Shown: positions 12,491 to 24,882 of the stretch, piece after piece
Layout of the letters: every line of letters begins with the position of its first letter
How positions within the stretch are numbered: position 1 is the first letter of the stretch
From: Tubiluchus corallicola
Taxonomy: Eukaryota; Animalia; Priapulida
Direction: 5' to 3'
DNA length: 64,000 nt
Assembly: GCA_030141605.1 (NCBI GenBank)
Contig: JAQGDQ010000168.1
Location: 248,001 to 312,000, forward strand
Notes under the pieces: model-generated
What the model was told of the DNA's origin: nothing
The model's input: only the letters and a program-made list of their open reading frames with translations
The model's database searches: none
Made by a program: the position numbers and the translations under genes

Positions 12491-13778
12491 CACGTTAACT
12501 AGTGATTAGTATAAGCCTCTTACCTATTTTGTGCCTATGCCTAATAAGGAAAGCAAATCCTGTTTATCTTGTTCAGCGATTACTGCAAGTACAAATCACA
12601 GACCACTTCAAAAAATGAGCCATTCTTCATCTTTCGTCAGGTAACTTAAAGCATGTCACAAGCTAGACTTGTGCAAAAAATCCGAGATTCCTCAAACGAA
12701 CTCTCGGGTCTCTCCACAACAATAATTTTATTTGTCCATTGTTGACTATTATTTCACTACCTCGTGCATCCAGCAATTTAATGTTATTAAAAGTAAGAGT
12801 CGCCGACTGTCTAAACGTCTCGTCTATTTAAACCCACAAAAATAACCAATTTCTGTTATATCATTAAATTTCACTGCACCTCAAACTGGTCAGGTAAGTA
12901 CTAAACAGGTGGGTAACTTAAAAATGAAAAGACCATCTAGTCGAAAATTAGAAGATTGTAGAAGCAAAACAACAGCAGATGAAACAATTAAAAAAATTAA
13001 TGATTTGACAGTTTAAGGTACTTTGAAATTCTTGATTGGCAAATTTTAAGGTGTAGTAGATACGAACTTTGACGAACTGTTCCACAAGGTGGCGCACACT
13101 ATCGTTGCAGAGTTTCATGTTTTGACATGTGACATGTACAGTACAGTATTGGTCAAATGTAGCTCTAAATTGATTTTCTGCCAGACTAAACTACGTTATG
13201 AAGTTGTCAGTCGGCACACGCAATCGTGTGTCATCACCGTGAAAAGACTTCAGTGAGATGTATAAATTTTCATAATCGTCTATATGGTTTCTAAAAGTGC
13301 TGATTAATACACAATTGCACAGCTGTATCTCTTTTGCCCCCATATATTTATTTTGGGCAAAAAACAATAAAAAACTGACAATCATAAATATGGATGTTTC
13401 CGATCAGTCTTGAGCGTCGTTCTGTGCCTGGTCTCAGATGGCAAAAATATCATACAGAAGTAACTACGAACGTATCGAAAAATTTGAATGTTTGTTTGGT
13501 ACTTGTAATAATCCAACTTCTGAAGCTGTACACTAATATAATATATTTAAATATAATATATATAATATTATATTACATGTAAAAATATAACGGCAATACT
13601 AACTTGTTTTTTAAAGTTACATTCATGAATTCTGAATCTTCAAAGTGCTCGCAGTACAAGTAGCAGTTTCTGTGTAAATATTGGCTGCTTTTGTCTAATC
13701 GCCTGACATTCTGCACCTATTTACGAGCTCTGCAAATATTCTATATAATAACACATAATTACATAGGTTTGTATGTGA

Positions 13779-13894
13779 ACACACACACGCACGCACGCAC
13801 GCACGCACACACACATGCAAACATACACACACACACACACACGCACTCACGCACGCACACACACACACACATACACACACACACGCACTCACGC
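13779..13894. repeat. (CA)n/(CACG)n compound microsatellite
   Basis: Visible repeat; explains the spurious THTH/VCVC ORFs. Confidence 0.95.
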
Positions 13895-14169
13895 ATTAAA
13901 TAATTCTTATTTTCTCGTCTGTAAGAGGTTAGATGTTCCGGCTTTATATAAGTGCGACATAATAAACAAGTACATTTCCTTCATAAAAGGTACTACACCA
14001 TAAGCAGTTGCGTAGCCTTTAGGTGTAAGTGTTGTGCAAATGCAGAATAAGAACATTTTAAATAGGAATGTTTTTTAGAAGGGGGAAGATTTAGAGAGGG
14101 GGGGGGAAGATTTAAACGGAAATGCAAAGGAAGGTGTGCAGTGAAAGTTTTTTTATAATTTCTTTTTCT

Positions 14170-14540
14170 GGTGACTTTAATCGAAAATTTTTTTGAGAAG
14201 GGCTAATACGGACGTTGTGTGGGTGACGCCATTGTTAAAGAAAAAAAATTAAGTGAGACTGAAAACCTATTGATTAGTGTTTGATTTCCAAATTTACTAA
14301 CATAATTATTGCACTGTGATTTTCAGCAAATGAATAATAATAATTCTGTGTCGTTGTCGCTACAATCCTAATTAATAGAAGAAATGCAATTTATGTGGAA
14401 TTTTTCATACATGTCATCATGGCAGAAAAATACGCTTTTAGTATAGGCTAGTAGATAGTTCGTTAGGCTGATACACTGGTTAGAAGACGTGCTTGGTCGA
14501 TCTTTTCTATAAGAAAGTGCATAGAAAAATGAAGTGTAAT
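14170..14540 (+). mobile_element. Interspersed repeat family B, copy 1
   Basis: Colinear similarity with 31755-32140 (cgccattgttaaagaaaaaaa, gatttccaaattta, gaagaaatgcaat, ctataagaaagtgcatag). Class unknown. Confidence 0.8.
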
Positions 14541-15399
14541 TATTAAAACTGAATCAGGTTACTTATTTTTTAATTTGTCTGACTATGAATAAAATGTAGA
14601 TTCAAGCACTTGTTTATTAAAAAGCAAATTGCATTGCTATTTCACATCGCAACAAAGTTAGAACTGGCTGAAACTGATTACAATGAAACAGTTAACAAAT
14701 TAATGCAAAACGCTTGCTAGTAGTAAGAGGAAATACCAAACTTTATTGCCGGGAACAGATATAATGCGATACCTGTTCATTAGAGCACAGAGAGATCGTA
14801 TTCGGAGACAGTATGTACGAGTCGTTTGTTTTGTCCTTATATTGTAAATTTTTCCAGTTAATAAATCAAGTACTACTGAAGTACCCCAAAACAAACATTT
14901 GATTAACAAGATATTGATCATTAAATGCAAAAACGCACGATATATGTCTGTAGTTACGGTTAATTACTACCGGAGGAACCGGAAGGAGTAAACAATCATG
15001 AAATGAAAGGGTTAATGAAAATGAAATGAAATGAAATGTTCAATGAAAGGGTTAATTTATTACATTCACATCTATTGTTCCGATACACACAGTCTGCGTC
15101 AAGTTCATATATTATTAAAGAGTCGTATATTATTGCTGACGGTTCAATATTGGCGACCATGAAACAAGCTGAAAGTGAAATTGAGAATGTTTTTCAAACA
15201 TTGTGTATGTCGTATCAAAATGGAAAGAATCTTTGAAAAGTAGCTCTCAGGAGTATTGCAGAAGAACTGGATTTCCTAGCAGATTTTTCGAAATAAATAA
15301 ATGAATTAAACGCTTCACTGCATTTCTTGTAATAAAATTTGCCTAACAAACTCGTGCTAAATTTCTTAAAAGATGGGGTTATTTCTTCTCTCTTGCAAT

Positions 15400-15895
15400 A
15401 TAAGCTCTCTTGCCCTTCATCAAAAATAAGCTTCCACTCCTCTTGGAGACAACATTAAATCCAAGAACACACAATATTAAACAAATACACTAATAACAAA
15501 TACGGCAACAATTCTATCACTAAACAAGGAGTTCAACTTTGGAATACCCTGCCGGTAATTTAAAACAAATCAAGTCTTTCAACGAATTAAAATCAAAATT
15601 AAAAATACATTAAATCGTTTTGAAAACCCAACATACGTAAACGATAATATATATTCATCCACAAATTTTATTTACCCACGTCCATTTTAAATTATATGTA
15701 TATATTGTATATAGTCTATTATAATTTCCGTGTAATATTATAATGTATATTTTGTTTTAAATTTTTGGCACAGTAGTTTTTATTTTGCACTGGACCCATT
15801 TGCCTTTAACAGTTGTGTGAATTTTATTCTCATGCTGCGATGTTCTTTTATGCTTTTATAGTTATGAATATCGATTTTTATGGCAAATAAAGATT
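15400..15895 (+). mobile_element. LINE 3' end fragment (CR1-like) running into an (AT)n tract
   Basis: Reads NSITKQGVQLWNTLP...IKSFNELKSKLK (WNxLP...FKxxLK terminus). AATAAA near 15886. Confidence 0.6.
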
Positions 15896-15898
15896 ATT

Positions 15899-15962
15899 AT
15901 ATATATATATAATATATATATATAATATATAATATATATATAATATTTATATAATATAATAA

Positions 15963-16022
<60 letters not shown>
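15899..16022. repeat. (AT)n/AT-rich microsatellite just upstream of the exon 2 acceptor
   Basis: Visible run. Confidence 0.95.
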
Positions 16023-16025
<3 letters not shown>

Positions 16026-16053
16026 CGATTTTGCAAGTTTTGTTTTTTTACAG

Positions 16054-16172
16054 AAAACGCAAGATTGGCGTTAGAGTACGTGGAAAATGTGAGGAATAGC
16101 AAATGCAGTGGAGGAACAGGAGAAGTCTTGCCTATTGAGTTTAACCACAGCGTCTGGGATAGTCAAGCTCAA
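16054..16172 (+). CDS. GPR158: GPR158-like exon 2
   Basis: ttttttacag|AA AAC...GCT CAA|gtaagt; NARLALEYVENVRNSKCSGGTGEVLPIEFNHSVWDSQAQ. Confidence 0.85.
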
Positions 16173-16629
16173 GTAAGTTTAAATATGTCACGAGAACCTT
16201 AGTAACCAGAACCAAAACAACCTCAGTGAGCCAAATAACTAGAAGATGGCACCGGGTATTTGAAATTATTCTCTATTTTTACAAATTTAACAGGGGATAC
16301 AACAAACTATTCTAGTGAAATTAGATGTAATTAACAAAATACACTACGAATTAACAATTAATTACAAAATTTTTAATGACTGCAATGCAAAATTTTTAAT
16401 GTAACTGAACAGACGGTAGAGAATAGATATAGAAGTGAAGTTACTCAACAGGCCTAGCGACAAAGTATTACTAGTATCTTGATGTTCTGAAAATAAAAAA
16501 TATGGTAACTAATAACCTTAGTAACTCTAATACCTTGTGTAACTGCTCATTGATTGATGTAACTTTACAAAAACTTCTTCAGAATTATCTAAAGATTTAT
16601 AATAAGGATGCAATTAGAAGTTTAATTTT

Positions 16630-16704
16630 GCCACTACAACTGCAGCTGCTGCCGCTGCCGCTGCCGCTGCCGCAGCCGCTACCACTACCACTACTACTAC
16701 TACT
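16630..16704. repeat. (CTG/CCG/CTA)n trinucleotide tract
   Basis: Visible repeat within the intron. Confidence 0.85.
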
Positions 16705-16792
16705 GGCTTGTTTGTTTATTCTGCCACTGCTTTATGTGAGCCTATCCTGCGTTTTTTAATCATTTCACGAACTGTTTTTGTTCTACTTGTAG

Positions 16793-16969
16793 GTGGCTGT
16801 AAGAACCAGCAATTTGTTAACAAAACTTTGGCTGATCTACAACGGTACGCCACCGTTCATTGACGATGATTATCTGTTTGCGATGACGAGAAGCAATGTT
16901 GAGATCGATCCAATGATCTTTGGGAGCGCTATCGCATTTGATGAATATATCTATAGAGATTATCGCAAG
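16793..16969 (+). CDS. GPR158: GPR158-like exon 3 (Cache domain)
   Basis: ttgtag|GTG...AAG|gtaaga; VAVRTSNLLTKLW...RSNVEIDPMIFGSAIAFDEYIYRDYRK. Confidence 0.92.
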
Positions 16970-17006
16970 GTAAGAACTTTGCGACTCAGAAAACAGTCTA
17001 CAATGT

Positions 17007-17075
17007 ATTGGTCGCAGTGGGTAGAATGCAATATCTATAATGCTTGGTTATAGCTGGCACGGGTTCGAGTTCGAT
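17007..17075 (+). mobile_element. tRNA-derived SINE head remnant
   Basis: A-box-like tggtcgcagtgg and B-box-like ggttcgagttc at tRNA-like spacing; no cloverleaf. Confidence 0.45.
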
Positions 17076-18372
17076 AGCGTGTTTAGCCTATCCTTATAGT
17101 TCTAAATGACATACTTTACATCAAGATTAAGGATTTATACGAGCTATCCTAGAATGCCTGTTGTTTCTTTCAGCAAAGATATGGGTAGATCAAATAAGGT
17201 AAGGTGAAGTGCGCCAGTGTAAAAGAACAGACTCAGAGGCACCTATTTATATATCAAGATATAGTTTTCGTATGCGAAAATTGGAAGCTAATGTTGTCTT
17301 ACTAAATGTGAGATGAGTTATATATGTTATAACACGAACTAAAGACACTAGGTTTATATGTATGACGCAAACGTTTCACTTCTGATGGAATTTCAAAAAT
17401 TCACCTTATATTAAGTTACCTATGAATCAGCATATTTATATTTCGCATTGCTATTTCTAAGCTGCTGCTTCAATCAATGTAATCGTATTAAATGAGTAGA
17501 GGAATTAAAATCAACTAGGCATAAACGCAAGTCATGTATTCATTTTCCATCACACAGGGCTGTTCTCATTTTCATATGGAAGCGCCAGCTAGGCTATTAT
17601 TCAATTACAAAATTGCAACATGGCATCAGATATCCGACATATAATCTTGAGCTTCTAGAAACAGTGGCGATTAAGCCCACTCTCACTTAAGTTATCAGGT
17701 GCCCCTAGTCGCCTGCGTACAGTTGTAAGGAAGTATTGGTTGTATGAAGCACTCTATGATTCGTTTTCACTCAATATTTGAAACCTGTCTGAGCTATTGC
17801 AATTAAGAGGACGGGATGATTTTTTATAAAGAAAGTGGATTTAGGTAAAGATTTAACATCTGAAATGAACTATGTACTAACAATGCTTTAAAATTTTCAA
17901 AAGTAAGATAACTGTTTAAGAACTTTCGAATAATTGCGTGTTTTTATAATCTATATGTTTATGTTTTTATATCTGTATTTCTGCGAATGGTATGAATTTA
18001 GAGCTATTTTACATGCTGTAATAAATTTTAAAACTAAACCTAAAGTCTATTGTTAAGTAATCACGCAAGAGTTACTACAATGTAATTCCAAGAGTGAGAA
18101 GCTCTGGAAACTTATCACGTCAAATGATGACAATTTGTACTATCACTAATGGCAATCTTGACATTAAGATTATTATAATTGATTAATTAATTACTCACGG
18201 AAATTTGTGGTTCAAAATTAATAAAAATTTAATTTAATTCGTGACTTAAACTAATTAGATTAATTTTTTAAATATTTTTTTTATTATTACACTAGTGTGA
18301 ACTATCTAACATTGAAAATGCTGAATTTGATAGGCCAGCCAGAAAAGTTGAACTTTGGGCTGCCTTTATCAC

Positions 18373-18629
<257 letters not shown>

Positions 18630-18835
18630 CTTGATATCAAGATTATACTAATAAATATCGCATCAGACCCACATTACATTGAAGGATGTCTCAAGGTCAG
18701 AAATCGTGAAAAAACGTAACACTGCTTAGATATCCTTGTAGCATAATTAGTCACAAGACTGTAGACTTACTTAAGATTGGCAGATATCTTGTCGATTAGG
18801 AATTTTTCATCTTTAACTTTTAGAACTGTTTCCAG

Positions 18836-18990
18836 GTGTCGTTTTATACATTTGAAAAGTTTAATCGTATCAACACGTATGATCTGTCAGTAAACTACAA
18901 TTATTTGGATCAGACAGACACTGAATGGTACCACGTTCCTAAACATAAAAACTACACAGAGCGAAAATGGAAAGTTCATCTGTACGCAAG
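18836..18990 (+). CDS. GPR158: GPR158-like exon 4 (Cache domain)
   Basis: tttccag|GTG...GCA AG|gtaact; VSFYTFEK...YDLSVNYNYLDQTDTEWYHVPK...LYA. Confidence 0.9.
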
Positions 18991-19088
18991 GTAACTACAT
19001 TGTTTTATCATTCAATGCTACGTTTATTATTTTTTGTACAAAAGCTCATCAATAGTTCTTGATACAATGCACGGTTGTGTAAATACTT

Positions 19089-19426
19089 GCCATTACGTCG
19101 AAAATATGCTTCATCAAACAAAACACGTTTACAAAAAGTCACGAATGCGTTGTTTTTTCAAAAAGTACCAGTAGAAAGGGGAACTAGCGCGCGACCTGCG
19201 AATAAGTAACCGGTCCAATGTGAATCGGGTTAAGTAAACCTGCTTACTACGAACTGCTGTGAAGGCCATTACGTCGAAAATATGCTTCATCAAACAAAAC
19301 ACGTTTACAAAAAGTCACGAATGCGTTGTTTTTTCAAAAAGTAACAGTAGAAAGGGGAACTAGCGCGCGACCTGCGAATAAGTAACCGGTCCAATGTGAA
19401 TCGGGTTAAGTAAACCTGCTTACCAC
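19089..19426 (+). repeat. Near-identical tandem duplication, 176-bp period
   Basis: gccattacgtcgaaaatatgc...aaacctgcttac begins at both 19089 and 19265. Confidence 0.95.
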
Positions 19427-19924
19427 GGACAAATTTGACTACCTTCGGTAAAGTACCTTAATTTAAGGTAACTACATTGAAGTAAATCCGTTTCAGTGCG
19501 AATAGGCTTGCATAACATTTTTGGTAGCTAGTTCGTGTTTGAGCAGATAGCTTTAGGGTTAAAAACCTGTTAAAGTGCGCTATTTTACGATCGACAAATG
19601 ACATTTATATAGCGGGAATTTTCTTTAATTTTCATTCATTATTCAAATTAAATGATTCACCGATAATTAAATTTTTCTAGTTTGCTAAAGTTTATAAAAT
19701 CTTGCGCAGTCACGCAAACTATCCTGATTTCTCTATCCGTAATTAAATGTAGCAAAATTTTTCTTTTATATTTCTCAATGCGAACGATTTCATGCTTAGT
19801 TTGATTAACAAACGAAAGTTTTTTCTTAGTCCTCTGTTTGTAAGATTTTCCTTTAATTTGATTAGGAAATAATGATGTGGTTTTTCATAATCTCCCATGC
19901 GTGCAAGGCTCGTTATTTTTGTGC

Positions 19925-20020
19925 AACATTTTTCCCAATTATGACAAGCCTAAAACAACGAAAAAGTTTTCAGTTTCGTGTCTCGATTTACGCATGCGCT
20001 CTAGCAATTTTCTATAATTT
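19925..20020 (+). repeat. Interspersed repeat family C, copy 1
   Basis: Nearly identical to 22315-22400 (gcctaaaacaacgaaaa..gttttcagtttc..cgatttacgca.gcgctcta). Confidence 0.8.
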
Positions 20021-22314
20021 CGTTGATTACATTTTACATGAAATTACGATTTAGTAGGGCTGACGTCAGCGCGATTTGAAAGCTGATAGGCCAGTTTTGT
20101 GACTCCGGTTGCAGTTACCGTGATCTATAATAGTAGTCACTAGGTGAGGTAATTGCCGTGTGCAACCTTTCAGAATTATTAGGGATGCGGCAGCAAGGTG
20201 TTTCGCGTAGGTCATTTTCATATTTTTGTGTCAGTACGAGTACTATAAAAAGCTTAATTCATTTCAGAATTACGCCGTATATCAACAATACGCACAAAAC
20301 TATGGAACGCAAAGTGGAATTTATGCGTATTTTTGAATACTAATAAATGAATTATGAATATTAGAAAACCAATTTTAGTAAATGCCTTACAAATTACTAA
20401 TATTAAAAATGAATTATGAATATTCAAAATTGATTTATTAATATTCATAATCCATTAATTAATATTCAAAAATAGGCATTAAATTCCACTCTGGCGTTCC
20501 AAACAAAACACAATCAGATATTACAAACACTCAATATTTAAAAAAAGTTTAATAAAACATGCTGAACTTAGACGTCACGAGACCCTAGCGGTAGAGAGAT
20601 TAAGGACCCCTGGCAGTCCCGCTTGTGGTAACCGTGCTGTCCCCTATCTTTCTCGTTAAAGGGAATAAAATACAAAAAAAACTTACTAATGTTACTAGTG
20701 TTCAGTAAAGTGTTTTCTGCTAATGCCTATTGATCAGAAATAACATTTCACAAAAAAACACAGGCATCAACAAAACCTTAAAAAATTGCGGATTTAAATT
20801 GCCTTAAATAGCCAAAAAGAGTTCCTTTCAGCTGTCAACACCCCCATTTACTTTCTTTCCACCTAGGGGATATCTAATTTTTCCAATAATGTAATAACAA
20901 TAAGACGGTGTGAATATTATTTGGAAAATGTCAGGATTAATCTCTATAAATCTCAGTAAAAGAAAAATAAAGTACAGTTCACACTTGTCGAATATCCCTT
21001 CAATAATTTTTTTGGCCTAAGCAAATGAGTTCGATATGTGATAATTTCTAAACATGTAATGATTTCATAATGTTTCTAGTAATTAATCTTTGTAATTATT
21101 TTAAAGAATCAACAACCAACAAATGAAAAGAAAAGAAAAACGATATCTTACTTGCTAATAAGTTTATTGTACAGAACAAGCGATACTGCTCAACTTCATA
21201 AGAATGAATTAGAGACCGGTCTAATGTTCAACTTGAATAAGCTCGGTGGGCGCCTCTACCATGGACTATCACTACGTCCTAATCCATCCATCAAACCGCC
21301 TGGCATCCTATGCGTCCTATGTCAGCCAACGTGGGACTTTTCCGGTTCCCTATCACGTCCACACCAAACTAAACCAAGCAACTCGCTTTAACGACCACCA
21401 CTCTCCTCAACCACTTGAATGACGAGCAGGTTGCCTGGATCTTTGTGCCTGTATAACTTTCTCTAGGCAATCGAAAAGTCGAAGTGCAGCAAATATTTAC
21501 AGCTTTGCAAGAGTCTATGTACATCACTCAGTCAACCATATCAGTACCATGTCAACAACATCAAATCTGTCAGGTTATTAGAAAGTTGCGTCAGGAATCA
21601 CCATATAAATCTAAGACGTATATACTTGAAAGTATGTGAAAATAAACAACTATAGTAATTGGTAAGATGACGGGAGACGTCCGTCTATCTTGCCAGACCA
21701 AACCCAGAATGACTAGTCAGATTTCCCGGAGTACTTGAATGCAGCCAAGCAATTCTGACCTTTTGCAAATCGACCAATCAGAAGGTTGAACTAAGCATAA
21801 TGTCTTGGGTCACATTCAGGTAAAAACTAAGCTCTACAGTACAGGTAATTTAACAGGAATTTTACATACAGCAAGAGGATAGGGCCAAACAAATATGACA
21901 TCATATCAGCTAAAACACAAACGGGCGCTTTTGTTACATTTTACACGTCAAATTGCTTGCATGTTGTATAATTAATTAAGCAGATTAAGTATTATTACAG
22001 CAAAACAACATTGCAATAAATAGTAACTGTAATGTAATAATTGCGATCTGCGAGTATGATATGTACATCACGAACAATATGATAATAAATTCGTATATTT
22101 TTCACCTGTTAGTGAAAAAATATTAGTACAATGTATAAACAATTGAAACAAAATATAATAATAATATTAATTTTCATTACAAAGTTAAGGTGAAGGGTTG
22201 GCGGATGAACGTAAGTTATCGAGTCAGCCACCCCTTCCAAGCTCTTTAATTTGATCTCCGACTTCTGGGGACATAAGTGATAATAGGTACTTGTGATAGC
22301 TTTTAATTTTTCCA

Positions 22315-22400
22315 AAATTTTCCCAGTTATGACAGCCTAAAACAACGAAAAAGTTTTCAGTTTCATGTCCCGATTTACGCACGCGCTCTACCGATTTTTT
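22315..22400 (+). repeat. Interspersed repeat family C, copy 2
   Basis: See 19925-20020. Confidence 0.8.
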
Positions 22401-22910
22401 AAAGACCTATCTTTGACTTCTGGGGATTAAAGTGATAAGAGGTACTTGTGGTAGTAAATTATACTTTAGTAATTTATTAGTAATTATAACTATAGTTTTT
22501 ATATTTAAATACTTTTTAATTTCAATCAATTCTATATATTAAATAAAGAATTGAAACTGTGAGACGTTCCTTCAAACTGTATGGCTCCTAAGCTGAAATA
22601 TGTTTAGCTTAAATCCAGCATTGGTAATTATATATTTTGTAACATCCTGCCAACAATTTTCCTTACTAATATATGTACGCTACTTGATGAAATGTTACTA
22701 TTCATGGGGCATTTTCCTGTAATAGCGGAATGAAGGTTATTCACCAAGAAACTAATCAACTGTGACGAGGAGAGTAGGAAAGATTATGGGTTCATTAGTA
22801 ACACATATATTGTTCAGACAACACAACATGCCTTTGGCATAGATGAAGTGGAAACTAGATTAAAGAGATGAATAGAATGCGAGTGGAAATACAGTCGTAA
22901 GGAAAGTAGG

Positions 22911-23111
22911 TGCGTTCGTGGCAGTGGTACCGTAATGGGCGTTCGCGTCAGTGGTACAGTAAGGGACAGTGAATGCGATTGTGTCCGTGGTACAGTAAGG
23001 GGCAGTGAATGCGATTGTGTCAGTGGTACAGTAAGGGGCAGTGAATGCGATTGTGTCAGTGTATAGTAAGGGGCAGTGAATGCGATTGTGTCAGTGGTAC
23101 AGTAAGGGGCA
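22911..23111. repeat. Minisatellite, about 36-bp unit (cagtggtacagtaaggggcagtgaatgcgattgtgt)
   Basis: About 5-6 copies; degenerate related units at about 23632-23706. Confidence 0.92.
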
Positions 23112-23863
23112 CACAACCTGCGAACTGAGTTGGGCAGATGGGCCCGTCTACTTAGGGAGCGCAGAGTTTGGGATAACTGGGATAACTCCTCTATCCAAAG
23201 CGAGGAACATGTTTTCTGTTGTACCCATAGCGCAGAATTAAGAAGTTAATGCGCAACACTCGATTTTACATCCATTGGTGACTTGTTTAAATGTGATACT
23301 AAAATGTTGGCTAGCTTTACTAGGGAGTGTTTAGATTTATACTAATTTATTAACTATTTATAAATTCTGATTAGTACGTTCTATTGTTATTTGGACCGCT
23401 AATTATCTCTCGCAATTATTTCAAAATATGCCAAAGTTCAACAAGTGGATCCTTCACATTTCATCCCTAGACATTAATTTAATGATTTTTATCATGAACG
23501 TGTTTTAGTTGCTACATGTTTGTTTAAATTGTGCAGTGGTTTTTCTGTGTGACTTTTAATATAAGATAGTGTAATTTTTTATGTAAATTTTGATGGTTAA
23601 TAAATTAATAATAATAATAATAATAATAATATATTAAAGGGCAGTGAACGAGGTGGTGTCATGTAGGTACATTAAGAGGCAGTGAACGTTATGGTGATGG
23701 TGTCAGTCTTGTTGGTAGCAGCATGGTGTTCAATAGCATAAAAAGTAACACGTTAAGATGCCTTTGAACAATATTATTCATTTATTTTTGATAAACTTTA
23801 CTAGTAAATTACTTCGATTTGTCAATATCAGTTTACATTTGAATTACGCTTGGGGCATTGCAG

Positions 23864-24046
23864 GTTCAACTCATCTGGAAATGCTCATGGACCACTACAA
23901 GATTTTGAGGAACCATATGCCATGACGGAGGACGGTCATTGGACAAAACCGTACTTTGACTGTGGTGGCGGCGACATCTGGATGGTCACTTTCTCTTCCC
24001 CAATTTTCTCGCGAGATCCCGCAAATTTTTCCCTACATGTTTTCAG
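23864..24046 (+). CDS. GPR158: GPR158-like exon 5 (Cache domain)
   Basis: ttgcag|G TTC...TTC AG|gtctgc; EDGHWTKPYFDCGGGDIWMVTFSSPIF. Confidence 0.95.
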
Positions 24047-24752
24047 GTCTGCATTATGTATAGGTGAACTTGACAAAATACGTGTATTTTTGATAAAACA
24101 CCTGAGTTTTCATCATTTTTCTGGAACTTGTTTCTGTTTCTTTTATCGACCTCTATAACCTTCTTATAATTATTTCCGAATGCAGAAGTTCATGATGCGA
24201 GGGTCACTGTGTAAAATTTAATAGACTCACATAACTGTGATGTACTTGTGACCTTTCCATGTAGCCCTTTTCGCAATGCAGTTGGTATTACATGCTAGTC
24301 GGTTTTAATATTCAATGCAGAGCTAATAATGTTTATAGTCGTGCCTGGTATTGAACCTATCTTATTACGATGAGATACTAGATTAAGATGAGATACTAAA
24401 CCAGCAGCGATACTACCGCCCCGAATCATGATCGGCTATCCATTTACTAGCTAGATCTTGTATTCGTTAATGTTACTGCTCAGCCAAACATTTTCTCTTT
24501 CTTCTGCCCTTTAAATAATTACGACTACAACAATGTCATTTCTCTCAAACAGCATTAAAAATGTTTATAATCATCATTCAGATTAGGGCCAAAATGCTTA
24601 TTAACTTTTAATAATAGCTTGGATGCTCATTGATTTGGTCACCTGGTGGTAACGATGATGTCCGATGGTAGTAAATTTGATGTCCGATGCCCGATGTACC
24701 ACCAACTCTGACGTTACATCATTTAAATCAGCCACATTTTTCATGTTTTCAG

Positions 24753-24882
24753 TGGCGTTGCGACAGTGGATGTTGAACTGACCAACATTGACATAAACCA
24801 GTGTGACCTACTGACCAACGAGACAAGTGGAAGCACTTCGGATGTGTTTCGCAATACTCATGTATGCAGAGATACAACAAAG
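24753..24882 (+). CDS. GPR158: GPR158-like exon 6
   Basis: ttttcag|T GGC...ACA AAG|gtaagg; GVATVDVELTNIDINQCD...FRNTHVCRDTTK. Confidence 0.95.

Noticed and set aside
12614-12640. ATG AGC...GTC AG|gtaact as an alternative first exon of the GPR158-like gene
   Set aside because: The phase-2 donor is incompatible with exon 16054 and it encodes no signal peptide.
22911-23111. 36-bp repeats (and 47-bp repeats at 53665) as a CRISPR array
   Set aside because: Units are directly tandem with no unique spacers, there are no cas genes, and the context is a eukaryotic intron or intergenic region.
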